A stretch of 64,000 bases of DNA, taken from contig OY986946.1 of NCBI GenBank assembly GCA_963920595.1, positions 1,302,001 through 1,366,000 of the forward strand. Direction: 5' to 3'. Position numbers and translations under genes: made by a program. The notes beneath the pieces are model-generated. The model had not been told where the DNA came from. It ran no database searches and saw only the letters and a list, made by a program, of their open reading frames with translations. Below, one piece after another: positions 50,000 to 64,000 of this stretch. Numbering within the stretch: position 1 is the stretch's first letter; every line of letters begins with the position of its first letter. This DNA is from Eimeria praecox (taxonomy: Eukaryota).

Positions 50000-52900
50000 G
50001 ATATGGGAACGGCAGCCCAGTGGCCTTCGCTTGCGAAGTAGTCAAACTTCTGCAGTCCAGCGAGCGTAGCGCCTCCCAGCATCAGTTGCACTGTTCCCCG
50101 ATAATGCAAACCTGCACATAGAGCAGGCGACCATCTAGCTTGCCTCTTAGAGATTCCACATTCTGTGGGATGAAGTCCGTGGAAACATACGACGTCAGAG
50201 TTGCCACCATCGAGTTCCTCCGAACGTGCTGACTTCTGAGATCTGCAAGGTGGTCCCTGCCAAGCAGAATTCGTCGCTGAGATGTTATGAGGTAGCCCAA
50301 AGAGACGCCTGACTTGACGCGTAGGAATGGAAACCGTGTGTCTCTCTTCAGCTGCGTGCGAACGAGGGCCTGAGCGTCCCCCATCATAGGGTAATGGAAC
50401 AGATGAGTCAAGGCTTGCAGGACGGTATCCCTCGAGGGCACCACATATTCCCTCTGGCCATAAGCGGAGCGTGCGACTTCGATTCGCATAATAAACGCAG
50501 CCGCCCTGAGACGCAACGACACGGAGTCAGCTTTGCAGGTCAAAAAACCACAAGGCGTTTCTGCTGAAGAATTGCTTCCAAGCAATTTCATGCTGTGCGC
50601 CGTGGTTCAATTACCTTAGGAAAGAAGACAGTGGCAACTGTAAAGGTGGCAACGGCGTAATTCCCACAAAAACTGCCGTGTTGTGCCTCTCAAAGAGCTT
50701 GAAGTATCCGAGGTCAGAATCTCCTTCAGCCAATAGCGTATCGTAGCTGCTGACCAAGGCCCCAGACAGTAGCCTTGTACTTGTGTTGCGTTCGATTGCA
50801 GCCACATAAGCAAGCTCATTCCTAACTCGCGATCGCAACTCGAGCAATTCGAACGGTCCCGTTGCATCAAATGACAAAAACGAAACGATGGCAGTCCCTA
50901 ACTGAGAAAGCCAACCTAAATTCATCTCGATGCCTTTGAATTCGGCCACTGCATGACAAACAATAAAGCCCTTTCAAGAAGCAACAAATATAAAACTGGG
51001 TAGTGCCATATCGCAGGATTATTATAGGGAGCCCTACTACCTTCAGCTCCGCATGAACGACTCTAAGCTTGCATCCAATAAGCACTATAAGAGGGTCATC
51101 TCTCACGCCCGCACGCAGCTGACTAAGGCCTGACTGAATGCAAAGAACATCCCTTGCCAGATATCTACATGTCGTTTGGGGGGCAACTGGATCAAATCCT
51201 ATTGATAGAGAGCTCTCGTGTGCGGCGTGGACTCACGTGGGGTCTGGCCAACATAAGCAATGAGAACTTTCTGGTCGCTGCTCGTGATGCTGAAATCTGA
51301 AGCCTTGAGTTGTGTTAGACGTCGAGTGAAGTGAAAACCAAAATGCTTGGCCGAAGTTACAACAGCTGGCTCAGTCGATGCAAAAACTGACACCGGCGAG
51401 ACTGCCATCCCAGCAACATTGGTTGATGCGACAACAATGCGTGTCAATAACTGGCTAATTGAAATTACGGAGTAGTGAGATAGGCCTGGTTCCTTAAACA
51501 ACGGCTCGACTGCTGCCTGGATCGTTCGCACTGACGGTTGAAGCTGCGGTCGGCCAGAGCCCCCTGGGTACCTCGTATCTTGCTCGTCCACATGCACAAA
51601 CGCAGGATATCTGAGCACCAAACGAAATACAAATGAGCAACCACTATTATATGCTGCTGTTCATCAACATGGTGGCGAGCCTTGTGAAGATCAGGAAACT
51701 GCGCATCTGCATCTACATGCTGGAGGCCCCTTCGCCTGTCATTACAAATGCTTCCCCCTCAGATTATAACTGCTCAAAATTCACCTACAGCTCAACATGC
51801 CGCATCGACCTCTATCTGCAGCAATACGTAACATGCTGGTTTGCGCAACCGCTGCGAAGAGTGAAACAACACAGCTCTGCAACCCAGTGCCAACGATGCC
51901 ATTCTTACATGGCCCAAGAAGAGTTTAATGAAGAGACAGCTTCGATTATTTTGCTGATCCATCCACCCGCTGTGGCGATCCCTGGATTAGTTGGGTCCCT
52001 TGCTTTGCTGACATCAATGACAGCAACTCCCTTGGAACTGAGCTGCTCTGCGCAGTCCTCCATTATTGATTGAAAGTAAAGCTCTTCCATTCTCGAATTC
52101 TTCACGAAACGCGTGAACTCCGTTTCTTTGACGGACATGGCTGCCCCTGCAGCACTAGCGTAGCTGTCCATCTGAATACGCATTTCCTCCATAGCCCTTT
52201 CCGACATGCGGATGGAATGTGCGGTTAGTTCCTTATCCCAGTGCTGCACGCGCTCCACGATTTTATCATAGGCGTCGCAAAGCTGCGCACAATTCAACTC
52301 ACATACAGGAAGCTGACCCTATTCACAAAGTAGCAACACGTTCATAAAAGTGCTTGGCGTTCAATTAGACCCCCATAAAGTAACATGAACCTCTTTCAAA
52401 ATATATCCCTTCCTCGTGACCCAGCATCCCTGCACCTTGCTTTGCTTGGGCTCGAGCTGGGCCTTCTGCGCCGGCACTGGTTCCTCAAGTGCCTTTTTGC
52501 TCTCACCTGTTTGTACTTCCTTTCCATGAGCTCCACTCGATGAGTACTGAGTGCCATCTCAGCACCATATTCGCGAGCCACCAAAACTCGCTCTTTCGGC
52601 GTGGACTTAAGGCGACTAGAGAATGCTCCGAATTCCTCCAGTGCAATAACAGAGACCATACGCACAGCGTCGCTCACCCTCATCCGTAGCTTCCCCAGTC
52701 GCTCCCTGGTTGCTCCTGCATCAAGCATTAGAAGCATAAGGGCACCCAATCACTCAAGCTGCGCTGTCAACTATTCATATCAACAGCTCAACCGAAGGCG
52801 AGGGGCCGGACGGGCCTCTGCAGCTGGATGAGCAAAACCCTAATTCCCGCCGGATGCTTTTACTTGAACAGCTATGCCTTAAGAGCAATTATGGGCGCTT

Positions 52901-54087
52901 CTCATTCCTTTGCATTAGGCACCAATCACCACTATGTTTTCAACACATTCTAAGTGTGTCTAAACCGGCTAATTTGGCGCCTTCGTTGTCAGCTGCCTTG
53001 GCACCCCACGTGAGATACAACGACCAGCACACAAAAAATGCTGCACCTCCTCACCAGCATTCTGAATGGCAGTGGAGCTTATTAATTCCAGTAATTCGCG
53101 ATACTGCCACCTGAACATCGCGATCTTCCGCTTGAGCCCGTTTATAACTCGCTCTATTGCATCGGTTTGTTGTTTCCCTAGCTCCAACGAATTCATGGGA
53201 ATCTGCATCAGCTCTTTCATGAGGTCATTGTCCCTTTCTAAGGTCGTCCACATCTCATCCTCCGCATGCTCAAGGCGCTCCACCAAATCGGCTGTACCAC
53301 CACAATACGCAGAGCAAAACCTGCATACATCTGCGTTCCGAGCAACCCAAATTAACGGAATTCCTGAGTGTGGCTTTTTGGTGCATCATAAGCTGGTTTG
53401 CATGTTTCCAGGCGCCTGCTGCTAGCGTGTATTCACTGGACTAAACATAATACACGCACAACCGCACACCCTCACTCCTCTAGTACCTCATGAAAAATCC
53501 TAGTAGGTGTCCCGAATCACTCAGCCTATGCTTTTCAAATTTACTGCTCTCACAATCAAAAATCTATGTCGTCTCACGTGCGAATTGACGGTGCCTAAGC
53601 TCGCCTTTTCAACTACAGAAGTGATCCAATTCGGCTTATATATGCCTCACCGAGTTCCGTGACAGATGTCTCTCCAGATCTGCTTTGAGGGTCCAGCATG
53701 TGATTTGAAGTTAAAAGCGGAGCCATATGATGTGCCTGAGATACAGCAAGCACTTTGTTTGGACTTCACTCACACAGAAACTCGCGTGCTTGACATCACC
53801 CACGTGAACGACAACACCTAATCTCGACTGCCGCTCAGCTTCTCCTGGAATAAGCTATGTTATAACTATAATTGTGTAGCAGTCATTCCCCCCTTTTACT
53901 TCCGTCAAGCCAGCTTAGTATGGTAAAGACAGCCTGTGCGCACCCCTTCGTCATAGTTAGACTGCCCTGACTCCGACGAGTCCTCTTGATCTTCTGAAGT
54001 CCACACGAGGGCCACAGTCAGATGGACAACAAGGAAGAACAGCCGGCTACGCCAGGCGCAAAGCCGGCGGCTGCTGCTGAACGCCAT
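50000..54087 (-). CDS. Hypothetical multi-exon protein with N-terminal signal peptide and helical/coiled-coil N-terminal half
   Basis: MAFSSSRRLCAWRSRLFFLVVHLTVALVWT starts at 54087. Coding-like minus ORFs with splice sites lie at ~53018-53291, 52507-52716, 51907-52310, 51198-51610, 50634-50948 and 50112-50533. No family recognised; the final exon and small early exons are unresolved. Confidence 0.65.
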
Positions 54088-55863
54088 TTTTTTGGCTCAA
54101 CAGGAACAAGGCAAATCCCCCGTTGCACGCCAGAGACAGCTGACGCAGCTAGCCAGACGTCTCACAAGGCCTTAATCTCATTACGCCAAACTGCACTGTC
54201 CGCATGTGAAGTAGAGACCAGCCTCGAAGCTTGAGGAGAGTTCGCCCTCAGTCTGCCTTAACGCTCATCTTGCTTCTCGTTTCACTCATGAAGTAGGACC
54301 GCAGAGAAGTGAGGATCATACGTTAGCCTGAGCCCCTAGCAAGAAAGTGCTCAGCTTCAACATGGTTAAGCGGTTATTTGAAGAGACGACTAAGCTTAGG
54401 CCTTGGCAAATATTAGAGTAGCGTTGCAATATACATCAGCTGGGAACCCTAGGGGCGCCATGAGGACAAAATCAGGAGTAGTGGCCAGTCCTTGTCATTT
54501 ATATACGTAGGGAAAGGCTAAATCATAGAAAATCAAAAAGAACGGGAGGTCTTTCGATTTTGGGGGGAGGGGAACAGCGTATCGATCAGGGGCACGGGGG
54601 CTCTCCAGCGACTTCTGCCCGGCCCTGGTGTGCCGAAGTTCGAGAGCCCTAAATAAAATAAAAGATGAAAATACAAGGAATCCTATATTAGTATCACCGC
54701 ACTGTCTGAATATGAAAAGGACAGACCCATTTTAACTTCGGGAGGTCCGTACTTCAGGATCACCACCTGATGGTTACGGGTGTAGTCAAGCCCGCTATAA
54801 CGATTCTGTCTTACACCTTAATACTTTCCTTTCATATTCATTTCACATATTATCAACAGTGCAATTGATTAGCTCTCTCATCCCCCAAAGCTGCCGCTAA
54901 CTGCATTTGAGGGAACCCGCTGCGAAGCTATACAATAGTATCCTTCCAGACCTTAATAGGTGGTGGCTTTATTTTTCGCCTTCACACAACTGCACCCGTG
55001 TCATGCCCTCATCTTGAAAGGGCCATTGAAGCAAATGATGCAGTACCAGGACTCCACCCCTAGGTTACGGGTTACTGCGACGGACCTCAAGATCAGCTAA
55101 CCCCTCTGTGAGGGAAGCATTTATTCGAATTCCTTATGGCCCTACAATACTGTGGGGCATTTGCTGTGAATGCAGAATCGCTGCTCTGCAAAAAATGCAT
55201 CTTTCTAGTTGCAATAATTAGCAGTTGCTAAGTTTTTGCGCAGCCTGAACCTCTATACACCTGTATGTTTCCCGTTTAAAGGAGTTAAAGAGCAAGAAAG
55301 ATCAGTGTGCCTGGAGAGACGCATTTCCGCGTGCGAACACCACATGAACCTTGCTAAACGGCGAGACCCTACAGGTTCCTGCGGCTGTAGGCCAACTCGT
55401 TACTTGCTGGTGGTAATTCGCATGGGACAAGTCGGAAATGTCCGGAGCCCTGCCAGACCATGCAGCAAACATTGCTTGCTGCTGCACAGATATTGTGCAC
55501 CACACGCCATGCTGAATTGAGAAGCATAGATCAGTTTCAGTAGCTACAAAAACCTCTGGGAAAACGTGCACACCAGAGGTACACCCACCTCACGTAGAGT
55601 GTTCAACTGCCTCCACACACAAACGCGTGGTTTAGCCGTGTGATCTTCGCGCCTGACTCGAGAGCCCATTGAAGCGCATTCACACAGACAGTTGATTTAC
55701 CCCAGAAGACCAGGTTTTGAATATGCAGCGATTGTCGGGAATTGGCAAGCACCTCTTCAGAGCCATGGGAAGAATACTCGACTAAGCGCAAGGGCGCATC
55801 GGCATCTGCCATTGCATGCATTCGATGCCATCCTGGACAACGATACATGGCAGCCAGTGCATA

Positions 55864-58800
55864 TTATTCCTTGTTTAGCTCAACTAATGTGCCGTCTAGA
55901 ATCTCCCGGAAGAAGTCCCTCATCTGCAGCAATTGGCCAAACCACAGAACAGCAGCATATCAGCCATTAAGGTAACGCTGAAAAGAACGCTTGCTTAAAA
56001 GTCTTATCAAATGAAACTCGCTGGAATGGCACAAAATCATACTTCGTTGAACTCCTGGCGAACACCTTCATCCAGTCCCGACAACGTAGCAGCTCGGTGC
56101 AGTGTGCCCTCGGCCTTTGCCATGTTACTGCTCAGTTCCGCCAATTGTTTCTCCGATGCTTCCAGTTGACCACGTAGCTTCTGCAATTCTTCATCTTTGG
56201 CCTTGCCTTCTTTCAAAGCCTGGACCACTTTCGAGGCGCTGTCTTCGAGCTGGGCACGGAGGGATACATTGTCGGCTTCAAGTTGTTGAATCTTTCCCTC
56301 TAACTCCTCAGACTGCAGAAGCCACTCAACACGCCGCTCAAGCGCCCCGTTCAAGTAAAATGTCTTCCGTATGAACATTACTTACTAGTTCCTACGTTAT
56401 GGATTTGGGTCAAAAACGTTTTACACTATCTGCAGACTGAAGCGCTGCCTATGCAGAAACGGCCAACGGGGTAACGGGCTTACGCTGTTGCTAGAGCTCT
56501 TCTTGACCGAATCATTTAACTGGCTCTGAGTCGCATGACAAGCAGCAGCTACCCCCATGCGGTGTCTAGTTTCCGACCCGAGTCGCTTCCCTACTTGCAG
56601 CACCGCTAAGCAAGTACTGGCCCACAGTAGGCGCCCATCAGAGCCCACCGGCCACAAGCCAGTTAGCCAGCGGCGAAACGCCAAGCAAGCCAGAAGGCCA
56701 ACCAGTGCAAATACTCCTCTGGTTAAAAGAAAACAGAAGCGCGCGTACTGGGGTGCACAGGGACCGCATGCAATAGTAGAAACAATATTCACCTCAAGGG
56801 CTTTGATTCTGGCTTCTTGCTGCTTCACCTTCGCCTCTAGCTGGGACACGCAAACACAATGGGCTCAACAGTCTCAACAAACTTCTGAACAAGTTCTTCA
56901 AGATACCTCCTGCAAAGCGTCCGATGCTGAGAACGCTACGTGGAGAAAGCCGTTTCGAAACGCCCAGTAGTGTCCTGTCGCACCGGCTCAAGTTCCTTGA
57001 TTCGAGCTTCCAACTGGTGAATCTGCGTTTCCTGCGACTTGTTGACAGCGTCGAGCTGTGCCACAGAATCACACAGAATCAGAAACAGCTGGCCTTACGA
57101 CCTAAACATTTTCAAGGCGCTAGAACACGTGCAGTGATAAATATTAGACCCACACACTCTCCGCAGGCTCTAAGCAACAAGCCTCATCATCACCACACAT
57201 GCACTGAAACATTGGGTCCACACCATCTGATGCAACAGCCGATGCAAAGCGTCTCACTCTCTTTGTCTCATCTTGAGCCTTCTCTACAGTCTTCTGCAAC
57301 ACAGATGGCGCCTGTCCAGAGACACTTCTGACAGATTCAAGTCTCCGGACTTCTCCTGTTTGAGCTGCGTTGCTCCTGGCAGCACCTTTGAACTGTGGAA
57401 TATTTCCTGACAAATCAAGAGGCACGCTGGGTACGCTGAGGGTGCAAGGGTAGCCAGACTCCCAAAGAAAACACAGTGAAAGGCGGCTCTATGAAAACTA
57501 AACGGGACACGCAATTCGGAAGGGAGACTTACCGGGCTGATGAACTATACGTTTGACCTCTCCATTACTCCCCGACAGCCACTGAGCTGCAGTCTGCGAA
57601 TGCACAATGCCCGACATGCCTCTCTAGGCACTGAGAAGACCGTATCCTGCAACGCTTTAGCGCCCTTCAGGACTTCTGCTAAGCACACGGTCTGTCAAAT
57701 ATGGGGGCGCAGTGCCACTGAAACTTAGCCTTCTCCAGCCTCGAAGTACAATTTGTCTTACCAGGGCTGCATCGACCCCCGGGGTTGGCGGGTACAGGTC
57801 AGCCTGAAACACGTCCATGTTTTTTCGAGGAACAATGAATGAAACGGGCAGAAGGACATTTCCATTTTCGTTCTTGAGCATCCTCCCTATCTCCGCTCGC
57901 TTCTGGTCAACGGCACTTCAGCAATACACCAGTTCGCACAGAGAATGATGGCTACCACTGACGTCCCCGTATGAAGACGGTACTCTCCTGGTGTACGCGC
58001 TAGAGTGAGTTTGTCTACAGCCAGAGCCCAAAGGCCCAGTTCGTGTTGCTAACGTCCAGTCGGAAACGCTGTATAAAACGAATAAGCAGCTGGGGCATCA
58101 CAAATGACCAACACCTGCTCACAGCTTCGGAATGAAACAGAAGGACTTAATTGGCACGTTTGATCGGTATTCGTCAACACGACGAAGTTCTCCGCCAAAG
58201 AACTGGAAGTATCGTAGGTTCCCGTCCCCCTGAAAATGCGTGAGATAAAGTCGTTAAGGGGCTCATCACATGGAGCTGAAATAGCACCGCGCTTGATAAC
58301 AAAGTGAAATTAACTAAGAAAGGCTCCAGCCAGAAGTGGAAACTGGGATCGTGTGGGTACAGAATACATCCTGGAGCAAATGGGAATGCTATTTAGTATA
58401 GAGCAACAGCTTTGCCTACCTTCCCTGCCACATAGACCATTCCGAGAGTTTCGTCGAAGATTGGATATAATGGCTGCGAACCACGGTCAATTTCCACGCG
58501 AAGCAGCCTAGGAATGTCCAAAAGAGCACAAACTATCTAGTTAAATCCATCATTGTGTAAATACAACTCGATTGTCACAGTCGTAGCCCAGCCACTTTCA
58601 TTACAAAAGCACGTTGAATCCCACAGCTGATAGGCAAGTTGATGATATATATATTTGCCTGCAGGAATAGTAGATGCATCTCTCAATCGCTTATAGTACG
58701 CCTCCTCTTACGGCGTATTTATGTTCTTTATGTCCCAGACGTGCAGTTCTCTAACATTTGTCTTGCTGCAGCCAGTAGTGAGCACGTGACCCGCAGCCCC

Positions 58801-60631
58801 CGCGAATCCGTCGAGCCAACAACATTTGCTTGCTTTCGGGCCTTCGTGGCATGTGACTGAAGCTACAATGTTCTTTGCTCGGGGGTCAATTATGCTAAGG
58901 GCTTTGTCTTTGCTTGTGGTTGCCAGTTTGTCTCTGTTTTACACGGACATCGCATCGCAGGAGGAGCCAATCAAATTTGAAGGCTTTCACCCAAACTTGC
59001 TCAAAAGCCATATGGAGGAAAGTAAAAATGGCCAAACTCAGTGAAGACAAGCTGGATTTGCTACTTAAACTGACCCGCAGCTGCTCCATTTAACGGACAG
59101 AACTGCGTCGCTCAGTGAGATAGAATTGACTAAGGAAGCCGAGTCAACGTCCCTGAATCATTCAAAAAGCCACAAAAGAAAACTCGCTGCTGATATCTTT
59201 GAATGCTACTCTATGGTATCAAATGATAGGGAAAGCGTCCTGCCGATGCTTGCCGTTGTGGTCAAAATTTCCGGGAAGTTTCTTCCCCACAAAGAGCGGG
59301 AGAGGCAGGCGTTCGCCAGTACATGCTCACCGAGTACTTCACTGAACAGCACTAGCTCAGCTTGCCAGCACTATTCAACTCGCTACATTGGAACAAAGCG
59401 CTGGTCCGGGAAAGCCTCTCCTTCCGGCCACTACTTACCAAAGTGCAACAGCCCCGTCAAAACAACCCGACGCGAGGATGAAATCAGCTACAGGATTCCA
59501 TTCTGTAGCGACGATTTTCTTGGCAGATCCTGTGAGGATGGCCACGGGGTCCTTTAGCTCATGCCCAGTAGGCGGATCGCTGGGGACGTCCCAAATACGA
59601 ATCGTCATGTCTGCACGGAAACCTCTCAACAAAGTGGTCTGTTGGAGGCCCCTAACCAGAGTTACCAGCCCCCCAAGGAAGTGAACGAACAACCCCCGAC
59701 CATAAATCCACACTCCACCTGCCCCCGGTCACCGCACTGATTGAGCGTAGCATCCAGCTACTTGTAATAGAGCTTTGAGAAAATTTAATATGGATGCAAG
59801 CTCCAAATTATAGAAGCATACAGCAGAGAACACGACAGGACACAGTCATACAACTCTCCAGGGTGGTCCACCCACCCTCTGATCCGGAGGCAAGAATCGA
59901 CTCATAGAAAGGGCTAAATGCTAGGTCTTGAATAGACCCCGTATGGCCCTTTATCTTCGTCACTGGAGGATTTCGTCCACAGTCCGCCAGGTTGATGAGG
60001 CCCATCATGCCTCCCCCACCAACATCCCACGGGGCCTGTAACCAAGACAACGTGCACGGTACACGCGTTTTTCTTGGTGGTAAATGAGACCGCCAGCATA
60101 ACTAGCAAGGTTACTCCACGTATCCTCTACCTCAGACTGTTAAGTTCTTTGGGAACGAACTGCGACACAGCATTACGTGTTGTTCCGAAACTACATTTTA
60201 TACCGGCACCTTTAAGTCTCCTGCTGCTTAAGCAAAACTTTCTAAGAAATAAGAACGAATAATTACAGGAAATGCTCGGTCTGTTGCTACTTACAGCAAC
60301 ATATCGATAGCTGCAGGCCATTCCGACTGACTCCGTCTGCTTGCTCGCCAAGCGAATATCTGAATAGGGGACCTTCCATGGCTCAGCTGAGGCGCATAAA
60401 GGGACAAGAACAGAATACTAATTGCCGGTGGGCCAATTAAAACTGAGGAGACGGTTTGACGGGAGACAGCAGCCTCTAAACCAGAACGCCGCAAGCAAAC
60501 GCGTACTGGAAATGTAAACAGAGGAGCTGTTGTGGTCCAGCGGCAGTTAAACTGTGCTTGAAATACCGATAACTATCTTCGGACTTACCGTAGCAATTCT
60601 TTATATGGATCCTCTCTGTAGCCTCCCCCAT
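55864..60631 (-). CDS. Coronin (WD40 actin-binding protein with C-terminal coiled coil), multi-exon
   Basis: MGEATERIHIKNCY|AEPWKVPYSDIRLASKQTES, APWDVGGGG, KIKGHTGSIQDLAFSPF, EWNPVADFILASGCFDG, TTSKDKALSIIDPRA, GKGDGNLRYFQ, PVSFIVPRKNMDVFQADLYPP. Coiled-coil exon near 56.0-56.3 kb and final exon MRDFFREILDGTLVELNKE* (55923-55864). Closely resembles Toxoplasma coronin as recalled. Confidence 0.95.
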
Positions 60632-62164
60632 CTTTGCTTGTGAATGTTACGGTGTGCTGCGAATGCCCTGGAGGAGAGAGGGTTTCTTCCAGTGCCTGCA
60701 GCCTTGATGTGGGCAAGTAAATACGGATCCCTCCACTTCAATGAAACAAGGCCATGCCCTGCGGAAAAAGACCAAACGAAGAAACTGGCTAACGAAGTTT
60801 CGTGCGCAGCTGTAATGAAGCAGCACCTGCAAGTATTTCTCCGGGAGCTCCCCATGATACCATGGGGTATTCGGGACGTAGGCACCAGGCACCAGCCACC
60901 CCAACAATGTTGGATGCGGTAAAAATGGCTTGAGGACTCGGAGAATCGAAAAACTCCCGCCACTAGATTCTTGGGAAATCGAGTGCTCAGGCCATTTTCT
61001 GGGCAATTACCTCAATAAACTGTGTGCACTGTGTGGGCAGCTCCTTCGGTGAGTGCAGTATAAATGTCAGAAAGGCCAAGTCACGAAGGAACAGGCCCGT
61101 TGGAGCCGCCAGCAACAGAAATGCCTCGCATCCCTGTTCAGCCGGGTCAAACAGAAACATGAGATTGCTGCTGCCAGCAGGGAAAAAAACGTGAGAAACC
61201 CCCCCAGCCTCCCTACAGAAGCACCCAGATAGAGCCTGAAACTCACACGATTTGATGTATTAGGTTCTGCTTCCGCTAAACAAGGGATCAAATATATGTG
61301 AACCAATGGGTCAAGGCGTCGCGGACTGTCAGAGCCTTGTTGACTTCTGGCTTTAGGGGGCTCCGCTTCGGCCCCAATTCTTTCTTTGTGTCCGAATATT
61401 TTCCTAGACACAAATACCTTAACATGCGTCTTTATGCAAGAAGTACCAAGATTAAGATGGAAGCGTAGACTGCTCCTTTGGCTACAGGGCCCTGGGCCCC
61501 TCCCAAGCCACAGCTAGCAACACCTGACCTTCAGCCACTGAGGGTTGCTGCTTCGGGTGGGTGGTGGGTAAGCGATGGCGACTCTGTGCTGCAGAGGGCC
61601 TCCACTTTTTCAACTCTCCTAAAATTAATCCCCTGAAAATATATACATTAAAAGGGCCTGTTAAGCAAGGAGAAACGGAGCTACCATAGCCAGACCCCAG
61701 CTCCCGTTCCCGCGGGAGGGAGGGGGGGGTAAGGGCAAAGGGGCCCCAGCACCCAGCTGCTGCTGCATGTTTCATTTGCGACTTCACCGTTGATGGAAAT
61801 TTTACCTTGAATTCTTCACACCATTCGAACACTGGTGTAAATAGGTGCTTGGGGCCCGTCCACAGGCTTTTCACGGCGTAGGCTTTTTGTGGTGTGCTAC
61901 CTTCCTAAAGAGCGAGAGCGAACAAGAAGAAGTGATACCCAGGAACTGCGGCCTTGCCCACTCAGCTCATATGCTCAGGGTGCATGGTAACAAGTTCGTT
62001 TCTTCAAAGCTGGCAGGACGCTGAAATGGACTGGCGAGATGCCCGCCACAATCTTATTCGCACAAACAAGTGTTTGAGTTTGGGGCATTGGAGCAGAACT
62101 GTCTTGGCCTCATAGCCACCTTGGTTTCCTCAGCATACCAAGTCAGGGGAGAGACGCGTCTACA

Positions 62165-64000
62165 ATGGCAGCGACCCCTGCAGCTACAGAGCCCGTTGCT
62201 GCATGCAACTGCGTTTCCAACAGTCATTTGGATACGGGTGCAGCATACCTGCCTGATCACCGTACCATACGCCCTTCTGAGGCTGTGAGGGAACTCCAAC
62301 GGCCGCATCCCGTATTACGGACGTTTGGAGAATCGAGAGAAATGCAAGCAAACACAGGCGTTGCAGATGGGCCGCATTCAACTGTTGGGCTGCTTTCTTT
62401 GTCAAAGGATGTCCGTTGGCCGCCGTTGTTACCTCAACAGAACGAGTCAAAGTCACCATTCTGGCAACCAGACGGATCTTTTAGCTGCGACTGGGCAGCC
62501 CTGAGGGCCGGCGAAGCATTTTGTTCCGCCGTAAATGCGTGTTGTGTTTCCTGTCTTTCTCGAACCCTCGGAGGGCCATCAGAGATGACCTCCGCCCTGC
62601 TAGAGAAGCTGCGCGCAGGAGCGAAAACCGCAATCAAAGAGGAGGTTGACCATCTCATTCAAACAGTCAAGGCCTCGGCTGCTAGCGGTGCCCCCGCTCC
62701 AGTACAGGACGGCAGCGGCCCCTCGGAGGCTTCGGAGGATTTGACACAGCAGCTTCTAAAGCATCCGGCCTTGCAAGCAGTGGCATTTTTAAGCGTACAC
62801 GAACGCCGTCTGGCTGTATTTGAGGTTCGTTACATTCCCAGCCCTTCTCACCTACTCCCATGCCGCTGCTAGTGCTGCCCTTCGCCCCTAGGGAACGGGA
62901 AGTTCTGCTGAACAGCTTGACTTCCCAAGAGCAGAGGGGAATTACGCTTGCGTTTGGCATGGATTGATTCTATTAGCACAAGCTCGCAGCTGTCTGAATG
63001 TGAATTGGCGTGTTGCCAGATGTGGCTTGACCGGTGGCAAGTTCTCTCGCGAGGTTACCAATGCACATGCGGCAGTGCGGAGGCGACGAGCGCTGGATTG
63101 AAGCAAATCGCTTCAGGTGCTGCCAGCAGTAGTGGTGAGCTGCTTCGTGGATGGCAGGCACGTCGGTGCATTCACTGTTTCAGTTGCGCGTGTGTACGAC
63201 ACCTACCATTGTATGACTCTCTAAGGTACTGTGCCGTGGCTGTGGGTATCGCATGCGCAAACAAGCAGAAACGAAGACAGCAGTAGAGGAGCTCAGAGCT
63301 CAAATTGTTCAACTACGCGAAGAGGCACGCCGAGCGCACAGGGAAGAAGAGACCGTTGTCGCAGAAGCCAGAACCGTAAGTTACACGAAGGCACACATAA
63401 GCATAACCTGAAGCGCACGCAACCCCGATGGGGTGTGCGGCAGTTAAAACATGCTTAGCAGCGAGTTCAGCCAAATGGTTCACAGCGGCATAGCGAAAGT
63501 TAGATATGTCAACCAGCAGCGGGTCGATAGTCAGGTGGGCATGCATGCTTGCGAAGGGTCGGGTGCATGCCGGGTGATGCGTTTATATTTCGCTCGGTCT
63601 GGTTGCAGTTGTCAGTAGAGCTAATGAAGAAGCAGAGGCAGCTGCTTCTGGCAACTGAGAGAGTAAAAGCCCTTGAAAAAGTTCGCCAAGACCCAGCCTT
63701 TGGAATTGCCGAGCGTGCACAGCAACAGCTACCGCCTGCGTCTTCTAACGCCAATATCTCCAGCTACAAAGAAAGCCTCAGCTTCATCGCGAATAAGTGT
63801 AACAAACTCGTGAGCTTACAGCATCTAATCGTTAGTGCTACCCCGCAGATATCAGGGGGATTTGCTGTCCCTAATGCGAAAGCACTGACACGCTACATTA
63901 TTTCCCCTCTGGCTCCGTTTCTGGTACTTGCCATTCAGGCTAACTTGACGCAGTTAATTCAACAGCAGTTCCCACAGCCCCAGAGAGCAAGTGTCCAAAG
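62165..64000 (+). CDS. Hypothetical coiled-coil protein, 3'-partial
   Basis: An ORF from 62165 has a donor near 62824. Phase-0 exons follow at 63226-63375 (VEELRAQIVQLREEARRAHREEE) and 63609-63809 (ELMKKQRQLLLATERVKALEKVRQ). Divergent from coronin. Confidence 0.6.

Noticed and set aside
58895..58935. Suspected frameshifts in coronin exons (here and near 57570)
   Set aside because: Recounting the bases gives intact frames (TTSKDKAL; WLSGSNGEVK).
58826..59044. Plus-strand ORF with a signal-peptide-like start
   Set aside because: Antisense shadow of a conserved coronin WD40 exon and its intron.
61482..61874. WCEEFKVKFP as a gag-like fragment
   Set aside because: Single short motif with no support; likely intergenic/promoter DNA between divergent genes.
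1..64000. CRISPR arrays, tRNA/rRNA genes and prokaryotic operons
   Set aside because: No repeat-spacer arrays or cloverleafs were recognised; the fragmented ORFs are explained by spliceosomal introns.

Overview
Eukaryotic, intron-rich DNA (GT-AG introns, CAG/CAA tracts, TGCATGCA octamers). Gene content points to a coccidian apicomplexan of the Eimeria/Cyclospora type (inference). Six spliced genes can be read by eye: (1) a giant, probably 5'-partial cysteine-repeat modular protein (CRMP-like), roughly 6,000 aa and 40+ exons, ending at 26255; (2) an LSD-like flavin amine oxidase with a PHD finger and polyQ tail (28828-39370); (3) PRP6 (44101-49438); (4) an unknown signal-peptide protein on the minus strand (~50000-54087); (5) coronin (55864-60631, minus); (6) a 3'-partial coiled-coil hypothetical protein (62165->64000). 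The most unexpected region is the gap at 40.1-42.8 kb, which the ORF track does not explain. It holds a fossil LTR-retrotransposon-like gag-pol unit on the minus strand: capsid-like remnant, intact CX2CX4HX4C zinc knuckle, in-phase G-GGA-AAC -1 slippery site, and a dead DTG->DTR aspartic protease. Its 5' part is duplicated as a diverged ~0.3-0.45 kb inverted repeat, and it carries a near-perfect 50-bp hairpin. Exon boundaries and family calls were made by eye with no database searches.
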